This document shows, one piece after another, positions 52,141 to 60,569 of a stretch of DNA of 64,000 bases. Position 1 is the stretch's first letter. The number at the start of each line of letters is the position of its first letter. The notes beneath the pieces were generated by a model, which worked only from the letters and a program-made list of their open reading frames with translations, was not told the DNA's origin and searched no databases. This DNA is from an uncultured Verrucomicrobiae bacterium (lineage in GTDB: Bacteria; Verrucomicrobiota; Verrucomicrobiia; Chthoniobacterales; UBA10450), in contig CAWFGO010000001.1 in the NCBI GenBank assembly GCA_963815455.1, positions 1,632,001-1,696,000 on the forward strand. The letters run 5' to 3'. The translations under genes and the position numbers were made by a program.

Positions 52141-53076
52141 TTAGCCGTTGGCCGCGGAAGTCATTGTCGTGGTGAGCTCTACCGCAGCCTTTAATATCTG
52201 GAAGATGTAGGGTTTTCCCAGCCGGTTTTGGAGGGGGCTGGTGGCAAGAGACTTGATCGGAGGGAACCCAACCAGGGGTTCCACCCGGCGCAATAACGTA
52301 ATGCCCAACGCGTACCGTTCTTCTGCAGCGTATTCGTGAAAACAACCCTGGCGCCCCGCGGCTCGCCACCAAGACTCGGCGAATCCGCGGACGGGTCCTG
52401 GTGACGTCTCGCGCCGTCAGCGCTCACCCACATGCTCCCCCGATCGCCGTCGCGCACGCTCACGCTTTTGCAGCAGTCGAGGCAATACACAACCAGGTTC
52501 CAAACCACGATAAACCCTCCAGTGAGCGTTTCGTGCCCCGAATTTAAACAACCTTCTACGCCTGTGTAGCTAACGTTCCGCGGCAACGAGCCGGTAGGGA
52601 GCATGAAACTTGGTGCCCAGGGCCATGGCAAGTCCGGCGAACGGGTTCATGCCCGGGGTCGACGACTGACCGGACACCTTGCATTCGGCAGCCGGGCCCC
52701 CGATGCGGCTGAACTGAATCGTGGCCGTGGCCCGCGTGCTGATTTTTATCCAAATCTCGCCTTTCTCTCGCCGGCCCTCGACTGCAATATCGAAGGTGTC
52801 CGGGGTCACCGTGTGCATAAAGATGCAGCCGTCGCTTTCAACAAAGGCACGGGAACGCGGTGAGATATATGCTTTGCCCGTGCCCCTGATCCGTCCCGCA
52901 TCGTCAATCGTGAACCACAGGGCGCTGTCCGAAAAGTCCGCGTAAACGTTTCCTTCGCCGAAAAGCTGTAGGCTTCCCGACCAATGGGTATCGGCCAACG
53001 CCGGCGAACATCCGAGCCTACAGGCAATGGCTACCCAACAGATGAAAGCGAGATGGCGTTTCATTATTCCGGGCAT
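52141..53076 (-). CDS. Secreted Cys-containing protein, paralog B (frameshifted; 3' end approximate)
   Basis: DTHWSG.L.LFGEGNVY.DF..., RAFVESDGCIFMHTVTPDTFDIAV and GPAAECKVSG..STPGMNPFAGLAMALGT shared with paralog A. Confidence 0.6.
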
Positions 53077-53178
53077 GTGTGCCCCCTCCTGCGGATTGAG
53101 ACGCTCACGGACCACATGCAGTTCCAATCCCTAAAATCCACACTGGCCTTAATAACCGGCGCGTGTCTCATGATCATG

Positions 53179-55098
53179 TCAGTTCGGCGGGGGCGTGCCT
53201 TCCGCGCCGTCTGCTTTCTTTTCAACCGGAGCGTCCTTCGCTCCTGCTGACTCGTTCTTCGCCGCAGCAACGTCGCCCGCTGTCACCTGCACAGATAATC
53301 GCCCGGTGCCCGGCTTGAATACTTTGTCGTGAACTTCGCCGCCGGAATTTACCACGCCGACGCTCACGTAAGCGTTTCCGCTCAGCGTCGCCGGCCAGCT
53401 CACCGCGAGAATTTGCGCGTCGGGCGGATTGTTTTTGATGACGAGCTTCTTCTGCGCGACCTGCACCTGGTCGTCGTCATACAGCGTCAGGGTGAACGTC
53501 GCCTTGATTCCACCGTTGTTGATGGTCGCGTCGTAAAACGGCTTCTGCAACGCGGCCGCGACCTCCACCGGATCACTTTTTTTGACCGCGAACTTGTAGA
53601 ACGCCACCTCGTCGAGTTTCAAATCGCTTGTCGCCAAAGCCGGTGCTTTCAGCTCGGTCGCGCTATTGAAACCGGCACCGCCGGCAGTTTCCGTGCGCGC
53701 CATTGAAGAGCCCTGCGCTCCCGCGCCCGCCGCCTCGCCCTCGATCTTGATCTTCAGCGTATAAGGCGAGGGCGCCGGATTCTTCGGTTTGTAAACTTCA
53801 TTGGGCCGTCCGTCCTTGTTCTGATTGTAGGACGCGGCGATGGAAAGGTAGGCCAGTCCGTCGGACTCCGCAGTCCATGTGGCCCTCAGGGTCACCGGGT
53901 CGGTTGGATTGCCTTCAGCAATGGAAGTCTCCCGCGCCACCTGCGAGAGGTCCTTGTTGTAAATCGTGACCACGAAGGCCTCGTTGACGACTTTGTTGTC
54001 ACCTTCGTATGGCGTTTTCTGAATGATCCCGATGGCGCGCAATTCCTGGCCTTTGTGCAACATGACCTGGTAATACTTCGCTTCCTTCATCGCCAGCTCG
54101 CCCTTGTAATCACCGGGCGGCGTGAGCGGCGCGTCGCCGAAAAACACTCCCGGCTTCACCGCTGCGCCGCCCGCTTCATATTCCCTGGTCTCGCGCGGTG
54201 TCGGGGTTGGCGTGGGGGTTGGGGTCGGGGTAGCGGTTGGAGTTGGCGTCGGTGTGGCAGCGACTTTTTCGGCGACCACTTTGTTCAGCGCGGTCGCCAG
54301 CTCATCAGCGTTCTCGACAGTCAGGAGTTTGCCGTGCCCTTTGGAGGCGATGTCTGCCAGTTCCGCCTTTTCCTTCGGCTCAATCCCGAAGCCGATGACA
54401 TTAATCCCGAACTTTACGCCAAACTCCGCCGCCAGTTTCGCCGCCACGCCCGCCGGATCGCCGTGGCAACTCTCCGCCCCATCGGTCACGAGCACGATGG
54501 CGCTGCCGCCTTTCGCTTTTTTCAGTTCTTCGCCCGCCTTGATCAAAGACGAGGCAATCGGCGTCATGCCGCTGGCGTTGAAGCCAATAATCCTGGTTCT
54601 TAACGCCGCTTTGTTGATCGGCCCGAGTGGTTGGACGATGTCGATGTCTTCGCATCCGCGTTTCTTGGATGTGCCGTAAACCACCAGCGCGACGTTTAGG
54701 TCGTTCGGCAATTTATCGATCAAATCGCTGACGCATTTCTTGGCTGACGCCACCTTGGTCGCCCCGTCTTTCATTTTCGCGTTCATGCTTCCGGAGTAAT
54801 CGACAATCAGTGCGAGATCGCTGATTTCCGAGCTCTCCGATCCCGTCGCGGCGGCAGCCGAACCGGACGATTGCATAGCCGCAATCAGCGCATCCGACGC
54901 CCCGGCTTTCTTTAGCCGCGCGATATCTTCGGTGCCCAGGACAAACGCAGTGCCAGAGCTTCTGACTTTCTCGACGATGGTTTGCTCGGGAATCTTCAGT
55001 TCGAGCAATTTGACGACATCTTGCTGGGTCAAGACCTGCGCGACGGCACTCGTTAGGGCAAGACAACAAACCAGGAGCGGGAGGAGGTAATGTTTCAT
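53179..55098 (-). CDS. Secreted VWA-domain protein with Pro/Thr linker
   Basis: Signal peptide; MIDAS DYSGS, GMTP, LVTDG.ESC; (TP)n linker; two similar beta-rich C-terminal domains. Confidence 0.85.
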   Translation of the reverse strand: MKHYLLPLLVCCLALTSAVAQVLTQQDVVKLLELKIPEQTIVEKVRSSGTAFVLGTEDIARLKKAGASDALIAAMQSSGSAAAATGSESSEISDLALIVDYSGSMNAKMKDGATKVASAKKCVSDLIDKLPNDLNVALVVYGTSKKRGCEDIDIVQPLGPINKAALRTRIIGFNASGMTPIASSLIKAGEELKKAKGGSAIVLVTDGAESCHGDPAGVAAKLAAEFGVKFGINVIGFGIEPKEKAELADIASKGHGKLLTVENADELATALNKVVAEKVAATPTPTPTATPTPTPTPTPTPRETREYEAGGAAVKPGVFFGDAPLTPPGDYKGELAMKEAKYYQVMLHKGQELRAIGIIQKTPYEGDNKVVNEAFVVTIYNKDLSQVARETSIAEGNPTDPVTLRATWTAESDGLAYLSIAASYNQNKDGRPNEVYKPKNPAPSPYTLKIKIEGEAAGAGAQGSSMARTETAGGAGFNSATELKAPALATSDLKLDEVAFYKFAVKKSDPVEVAAALQKPFYDATINNGGIKATFTLTLYDDDQVQVAQKKLVIKNNPPDAQILAVSWPATLSGNAYVSVGVVNSGGEVHDKVFKPGTGRLSVQVTAGDVAAAKNESAGAKDAPVEKKADGAEGTPPPN

Positions 55099-55770
55099 AA
55101 GTGGAGAAGTTGCGCGCCGGAAAAGGCGCGAAGCATGAACAGAAGAGCGTGATTGCCGCGGCCGTGCGGCTCTCTCATTAAGAGCGATCTTAGAGATTAC
55201 GGTTCGCCGGCGTCAAGCCCACATTTGGAAGCCTAACGCGAGCAAGGTTGGACTGGGGGAACCAAGTCTATTTTCACGATCTTCAGCTTCCTCATTGCTG
55301 TTGTTGAGCCGGAATTGCGAGACGAATTCGCGCTATGCAAACCGCGGAGCCTACGGGGCTCGAACCCAGTGTCGATCACGGTGAGGTTGAGAAGTGAGGC
55401 TACCTACCCCTCCATCCACGATTACCGTAGGAAGGCAGATTTTCATCGGACGAACCGGCCCTTCGAATTTATCGCTCGCTGCCCGCCGTAAAGGTATTGC
55501 TCGCTGCGCTGCGCTCCACCTTGACTGTGCTCGCTCCGCGGATGGGAGGTCGTTATCGGTTTGCGTTGGAGATCATTTTGCTAATCTTCAGCGCTGGCAA
55601 TTCCAGTGGATGCTCGTGAAAATTCCCGTGACAAAACGTGACAAACTTCGTCCGATTTTGTGCCTGTTAGTGGCTGAATCAGTTTTCATGGGCGAGCGGT
55701 TGCGTTTGCGTAAACACCTGATGGCGCAGGTGATAAACTGATATAAGCGGTCACAGAACTTGTGAGTTCG

Positions 55771-55798
55771 ACGGGTTCGAATCCCGTTAGGGTCGCCA
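55771..55798 (+). repeat. att core copy 2 (tRNA-Glu 3' end), junction of elements 1 and 2
   Basis: ACGGGTTCGAATCCCGTTAGGGTCGCCA identical to 46446-46473. Confidence 0.95.
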
Positions 55799-55888
55799 TT
55801 TACCTTCATAGGTAAATCAGGCGATTCGCGGCCGATTTCAGATTTGGCGTGACAAACGTGACAGATCTTCAGGATAGGACGCGTGAAA

Positions 55889-55961
55889 GCGAAAGCTGTT
55901 TTTCGACGGCCTGGCTGACGGCGCGAATGAGCAATTCGTCTTGAATTTCAACGCACAACAT
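55889..55961 (-). pseudogene. 5' remnant (24 codons) of the excisionase-like gene
   Basis: MLCVEIQDELLIRAVSQAVEKQLS truncated at the GCGAAA junction. Confidence 0.75.
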
Positions 55962-56050
55962 CGTGCTAGTCGTTCGGCGTGATTTCCATTTTCAAACCGA
56001 GCTAAGGGCTCGCAATCGACGGTCTATTTTGCTAGATTACGTCTGTAAAA

Positions 56051-56362
56051 GTGGATTCCAGAAGTGTGCAAACGGAAGAAATCAGTTCCCCGCGTTTGGC
56101 TGCCATAGCGCGCCGCGTTTGCTGGTGGGAACCGGCTGCCACGACCCTTGAAAACACGCCGTTGTTTCTCTGCCGGATCATGGCGCTGGGAACGTGGGAG
56201 GACATCTGCATTGCTCTGGACCACTATGGCATGGATGCTTTTCGCAAAGCATTGCAAAATGCGCCTCCCGGCCTGTTCGACCCCCGTTCGTGGTATTACT
56301 GGCACCACCGCTTGAAGCTTCTGCCTGTTCCATCCTTACAGCACCGCGTCATCCCCGCATGA
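56051..56362 (+). CDS. Putative antitoxin (small partner of the nucleotidyltransferase)
   Basis: 103 aa, ..WW.P......F...IM..GTWED...F.PRSW.YW; ATGA overlap with the toxin gene. Confidence 0.65.
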   Translation: MDSRSVQTEEISSPRLAAIARRVCWWEPAATTLENTPLFLCRIMALGTWEDICIALDHYGMDAFRKALQNAPPGLFDPRSWYYWHHRLKLLPVPSLQHRVIPA

Positions 56363-57009
56363 AGCCACGGCTGGATGTTTTGCTTCCCCAGGGGAGGCAT
56401 CTGTGGTCTGAGCTTTCCGAATTACCTGAGCATTTCGTTTTGTATGGTGGAACGGCGATTGCCTTGCGCCTTGGTGGAAGACAATCCGTCGATTTCGATT
56501 TTTTCACGAACCAACCCATTTCGGCAGACCTTCTAAGCCGGAGTCTGCCATTTCTCCGCGGAGCCGAACTGATTCAGTCCGAATCGAACACGTCAACGTT
56601 CACCATCCGGCGTGATGGAGAAATCAAAGTTTCATTTTTCGGCGGACTCACCATCGGCCGTGTTGCCGATCCCGACCGTTGCGAAGATAACGGAGTCTTC
56701 ATCGCGTCGCTTCCCGATCTCGCAGCGCAAAAGGTAAAAGTGGTTCTGGCACGCGCGGAGGCGAAGGATTACGTCGACATTTATGCGTTGTTGAAAGCCG
56801 GCATCACTTTGCCCACGGCTCTGGGAGCGGCCAAAGCGCTGTATCCCGAATTCAACCCGGTGCTGTCCCTGAAAGCCCTCGCATATTACGGCGAGCCGGG
56901 CCTTGCCGCGATGCCGGTGGAGATTCGCGAATTTCTCACAGCAGCAAGCGCAAAAGTAGAATCGGTCGAGACGATTTCTAAAATCGCACCCGGCATCAGT
57001 CCGTCGTGA
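56359..57009 (+). CDS. AbiEii/AbiGii-family nucleotidyltransferase toxin
   Basis: FVLYGGTAIALRLG.R.S.DFDFF, LAA.K......R...KDYVDI motifs. Confidence 0.82.
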   Translation: MKPRLDVLLPQGRHLWSELSELPEHFVLYGGTAIALRLGGRQSVDFDFFTNQPISADLLSRSLPFLRGAELIQSESNTSTFTIRRDGEIKVSFFGGLTIGRVADPDRCEDNGVFIASLPDLAAQKVKVVLARAEAKDYVDIYALLKAGITLPTALGAAKALYPEFNPVLSLKALAYYGEPGLAAMPVEIREFLTAASAKVESVETISKIAPGISPS

Positions 57010-57149
57010 CAAGACGTGACAAATTTTGCCGAAATTCGTGCCTGTTAGTGACCGAATAAATTCTGCACCTGTGGGACGAGATTTTATATAAGTTAATAAT
57101 AATCAGTGATATGGGTAAACAATGATCGGTCACAAAAATTAGTCAGTCG

Positions 57150-57175
57150 ACGGGTTCGAATCCCGTTAGGGTCGC
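57150..57175 (+). repeat. att core copy 3 (outer boundary)
   Basis: ACGGGTTCGAATCCCGTTAGGGTCGC (26 bp), diverging before the final CA. Confidence 0.92.
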
Positions 57176-57264
57176 TGTTTTTCGCGGCAACGGGGCGCTC
57201 GGTCCGTATCGTTGACAACGTTGCCCGCTATCGTGGAGAATCCGCGCTATTGCGGAAACGGCTC

Positions 57265-57999
57265 ATGAAAATTCTTCAGGGAGTGCTTTGGCAGTTGGAA
57301 AAACTGCTTGCCGGCTCTTCTCTCGTGCCCGACCAGCCATTCTTCGATCCGGCTGATTTCGCCTGGACCCGTTTTTTGGAGGAGAATTGGCGGACTATCC
57401 GGACCGAATTGGACGAGGTGATGCGACACCGGAAGGATCTTCCCAATTTTCAGGATATTTCCCCCGACCAGAAGGCCCTTTCTCAGGATGAAGGCTGGAA
57501 AACGTATTTCTTTTGCGCTTACGGCTTTGAGGCAAAAGGAAACTGCCAGCGATGCCCCGAGACCGCGCGCCTTCTCAAACAGATTCCGGGAATGAAAACG
57601 GCTTTTTTTTCCATACTCGCGCCGGGCAAGCATTTGCCGGAACATCGCGGGCCTTACAAGGGAGTGCTGCGGTATCATCTGGGCCTGATTATTCCGCAGC
57701 CGGAGATCGATTGCGGGATTCGGGTGGCCGATGAGACCCGGCATTGGCAGGAAGGCAAGAGCCTCGTGTTCGACGATACCTACCGGCACGAAGCATGGAA
57801 CAAAACGAGCCGCGACCGCGTGGTATTGTTCATGGATTTTGTGCGACCTTTGCGGTTCCCCGCGTCGTTGTTGAATTGGATTTTGCTTAACGCTATTGCC
57901 CTCTCTCCGCTCGTTCTCGGGGCGAAGGGAAATTATCTGGCTTGGGAAAAGCGATTTGAAAAGGTCGTCAACGCGGAAAAAGAGGCGAAAGCCGCTTAA
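57265..57999 (+). CDS. Aspartyl/asparaginyl beta-hydroxylase family dioxygenase (LpxO-like)
   Basis: CPET..LL..IP...AFFS.L.PG..L..HRGPY.G.LRYHLGL, W.EG...FDDTY.HEAWN....R.VLF.D. Confidence 0.85.
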   Translation: MKILQGVLWQLEKLLAGSSLVPDQPFFDPADFAWTRFLEENWRTIRTELDEVMRHRKDLPNFQDISPDQKALSQDEGWKTYFFCAYGFEAKGNCQRCPETARLLKQIPGMKTAFFSILAPGKHLPEHRGPYKGVLRYHLGLIIPQPEIDCGIRVADETRHWQEGKSLVFDDTYRHEAWNKTSRDRVVLFMDFVRPLRFPASLLNWILLNAIALSPLVLGAKGNYLAWEKRFEKVVNAEKEAKAA

Positions 58000-58149
58000 A
58001 TCCAATCCGGCCACGGGCAATTGTGCCGTTTTGTTTGTTCCGCGGGCCGGGAAAAAAGTCGCGACTAAAGGCTTGTCGAGGCTGCCTGGGGCCGCTAAGC
58101 TAGCTGCCCCGATATGGAAACCGGCGACATCAGCGTCCGGCCATAAGGA

Positions 58150-59400
58150 ATGAACGACGATCCCGCAAAGTTAAGCCTGAGCAATTTCCTCGCTGGAGAA
58201 ACCAGCGATCCCCTCCAGGCTCCCCCCAGTTTCACCAAATGGATGCGCGTCGGCGCGTGGGCGGTGAAGCTTTACGAACCAGAGCTGTTGGCCAGCGCCG
58301 ATGCTCGAACAACGCTGAATTACGATGGCAAGCGGCTTCCGGTCATCAATCTTTGCTCTTATAATTACCTCGGCCTGGCCAATCATCCCGAGGTCATTGC
58401 CGCCGCGCAAGAAGCGCTAAAGACCCACGGCATGGGCGCGTGCGGTTCGCCGATGCTTTCCGGAATGACCGATCTTCATCGGCAACTTGAACAGCGCATG
58501 GCGAAATTTCTGAATCGGGAAGACGCCATGCTTTTCAACAGCGGGTTCGGTGGCGCGCTGGGCACCATTTCCGGTCTGCTCCGCAAGACCGATGTCGCTC
58601 TGCTCGATAATCGATCCCATCTTAGCCTGCGCGATGGCGCCACCCTTTCGCGTTGTCGCATGGAAAAGTTCGAGCATAACGATCCCGAATCGCTCGAAGG
58701 AGCGCTGACGCGTCAAACGGGAAAGAGAAAACTTGTCATCATCGAGGGTATTTACTCGATGGACGGCGATTTCGGTAATCTCAAGCCGTTGATAGACGTG
58801 GCCACTGCTTACGGGGCAAAGGTTTTCATTGACGAAGCGCATTCGATCCTGGGATGCGGCGAGCACGGTCGGGGTGCGGCGGAACACTTCGGAGTGGAGG
58901 ACAGTCTGCCACTTGTTTACGGCACGTTTTCGAAGGCATTCGGCGCGGTTGGCGGATTTGTAGCCGGCTCGAAAGAGACGCTGCAATATCTGCGGTTCTA
59001 TTCTCATCCGTATGTTTATTCCTGCGCCTTGCCGCCGGTGGTCGTGGCGGCGATTTTGAAGGCCCTTGAAATCGCGACGACGCAACCTGAGTTACGCAAG
59101 AAACTGTGGGAGAACGCGGATTATTTTCATGCGCAACTGCGCGGTCTTGGCATCGACACCGGCAACTCGACCACCTACATCATGCCGCTGGTGATCGGCG
59201 ATCGTGAGCGAATGTATCGCCTCGGTCACGAACTTCGCCGGCGCGGGCTATGGGTGGCGCCGGTCGATTATCCGGCGGTGCCAAACGACCGCATTTGCTT
59301 CCGCGCCTGTGTAACCGCGAAACATACCCGCGCCGATATCGATGAGGCGCTCAACATCCTGCAGGACACGCTCGTTCCCGCGGTGTTGCAGAACGCCTGA
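58150..59400 (+). CDS. Alpha-oxoamine synthase family PLP enzyme, putative serine palmitoyltransferase
   Basis: SYNYLGL, G.CGS..LSG, F.HND, EGIYSMDGD, DEAHS, GTFSKAFG; adjacent to a bCerS-like gene. Confidence 0.75.
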   Translation: MNDDPAKLSLSNFLAGETSDPLQAPPSFTKWMRVGAWAVKLYEPELLASADARTTLNYDGKRLPVINLCSYNYLGLANHPEVIAAAQEALKTHGMGACGSPMLSGMTDLHRQLEQRMAKFLNREDAMLFNSGFGGALGTISGLLRKTDVALLDNRSHLSLRDGATLSRCRMEKFEHNDPESLEGALTRQTGKRKLVIIEGIYSMDGDFGNLKPLIDVATAYGAKVFIDEAHSILGCGEHGRGAAEHFGVEDSLPLVYGTFSKAFGAVGGFVAGSKETLQYLRFYSHPYVYSCALPPVVVAAILKALEIATTQPELRKKLWENADYFHAQLRGLGIDTGNSTTYIMPLVIGDRERMYRLGHELRRRGLWVAPVDYPAVPNDRICFRACVTAKHTRADIDEALNILQDTLVPAVLQNA

Positions 59401-59414
59401 GCCGCTATCCCGAG

Positions 59415-60551
59415 GTGTCCAGGCTTGAAGTTTCGCGGGTCGATTCCCGCAAAGAACGCGATGTTTTCATCGAGTTCCCATGGCGCGTCTATGCGAACGA
59501 TCCGGCCTGGGTCCCGCCATTAATCATCGAGCGCCGGCAGTTTCTCGATCGCAAGAAACATCCGTTCTACAAACATGGCGACGCTGCCTTGTTTCTGGCG
59601 CGGCGCGATGGAAAAGTCGCCGGCCGGATCATGGCCAGCGACGATCCCAATTACAACGCCTTGCACCAATCGAACACCGGGTGTTTCGGGCTTTTTGAAA
59701 GCATTGACGATGTCGATGTTGCGACGGCGTTATTCGATGCCGCCCAGGACTGGCTCCGGCGCAAAGGTCGGACCGAGGTGATTGGACCGATCGATTACTC
59801 GACAAACTACGTTTGCGGCTTGTTGATCGAGGGCTTCGAGCATCCGCCCACGCTGTTGACCGCGCACAACCCGCGGTTTTACCCGGCGCTAATCGAGAAG
59901 TGCGGCTTTCGGAAGGAAATCGATTTTTTCGCCTGGTGGTTTAGCGATGCTTCCGCGGCCGCTCGTCGTCTGCGCAGGTTGGCTGTTCGCTTAAAGAGTC
60001 GCGCGGCATTCACGATCCGTCACGGCGACATCAAGAACTTAAAGCGCGAAAGCGCAATCCTTCGGGGTATATATAATGAGGCCTGGCGCGACAACTGGGG
60101 TTTTGTGCCCTTTACCGAGACGGAGTTCGATCATCTCACCGCCGAAATGAAACCGGTGCTTCGCGCCGATTTTACCGCCGTGGCCGAGATGAACGGCGAG
60201 GCCGTGGGGTTCATCATCGGATTGCCCGACATCAATGTGGCTTTGCACAGGATCAACGGACGGCTCACCCGTTTCGGTCTGCCCATTGGCCTGGCGAAAT
60301 TGTTGTATCACAAATCGCGGCTGCGAAAGGCGCGGCTCATCGCCATGGGTGTGCGGCCGGAGTTCCGCAAGCTCGGCGTCGCGGAAATGCTGGTGCTGCG
60401 CGTGATGGAGGAAGGAATGCTCAAGGCCGGCTTCGCGGCCGAGCTGAGCATGACCCTGGAAGACAACGCACTGGTAAACCGTTTTATCGAAGCGATCGGC
60501 GCTAAAAAATACAAGACGTATCGGATTTACCGGCGCGAAGTGTCTTCTTAG
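59415..60551 (+). CDS. Tandem-GNAT acyltransferase, bacterial ceramide synthase (bCerS/YghO-like) candidate
   Basis: FI.FPW..Y..DP.WVPPL..ER..L..HPF..H....FLA...G...GRI, G.FG.FE, WGFVP, LPD.N, GV.PE.R, ELS..LEDN, K.YR.Y. Confidence 0.7.
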   Translation: MSRLEVSRVDSRKERDVFIEFPWRVYANDPAWVPPLIIERRQFLDRKKHPFYKHGDAALFLARRDGKVAGRIMASDDPNYNALHQSNTGCFGLFESIDDVDVATALFDAAQDWLRRKGRTEVIGPIDYSTNYVCGLLIEGFEHPPTLLTAHNPRFYPALIEKCGFRKEIDFFAWWFSDASAAARRLRRLAVRLKSRAAFTIRHGDIKNLKRESAILRGIYNEAWRDNWGFVPFTETEFDHLTAEMKPVLRADFTAVAEMNGEAVGFIIGLPDINVALHRINGRLTRFGLPIGLAKLLYHKSRLRKARLIAMGVRPEFRKLGVAEMLVLRVMEEGMLKAGFAAELSMTLEDNALVNRFIEAIGAKKYKTYRIYRREVSS

Positions 60552-60569
60552 TGATGACCGAACGAATCG

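Larger units (their letters stand above)
46474..55798. mobile_element. Integrative element 1 at tRNA-Glu (about 9.3 kb)
   Basis: 28-bp tRNA 3' end (46446-46473) repeated exactly at 55771-55798; tyrosine integrase next to the tRNA; CGTGACA tandem sites at both ends. Confidence 0.9.
55799..57175. mobile_element. Integrative element 2 (about 1.4 kb), int/xis-deleted relative of element 1
   Basis: 55799-55894 matches 46474-46571; 55889-55961 matches 47968-48041; right end resembles 55627-55770; third att copy at 57150-57175. Confidence 0.88.

Noticed and set aside
46474..55798. Prophage or conjugative element
   Set aside because: No capsid, terminase, relaxase or T4SS genes recognisable.
55771..57175. 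Additional tRNA genes
   Set aside because: Only T-arm and acceptor halves are present; these are att repeats.
57106..57264. N-terminal extension of the hydroxylase
   Set aside because: Spans the att repeat and element end; not homologous-looking.
58150..59400. bioF or second kbl call
   Set aside because: Lacks Kbl-specific SVRFICG and SRPYLFS motifs and has no bio neighbours; lipid context favours Spt, though this is unproven.
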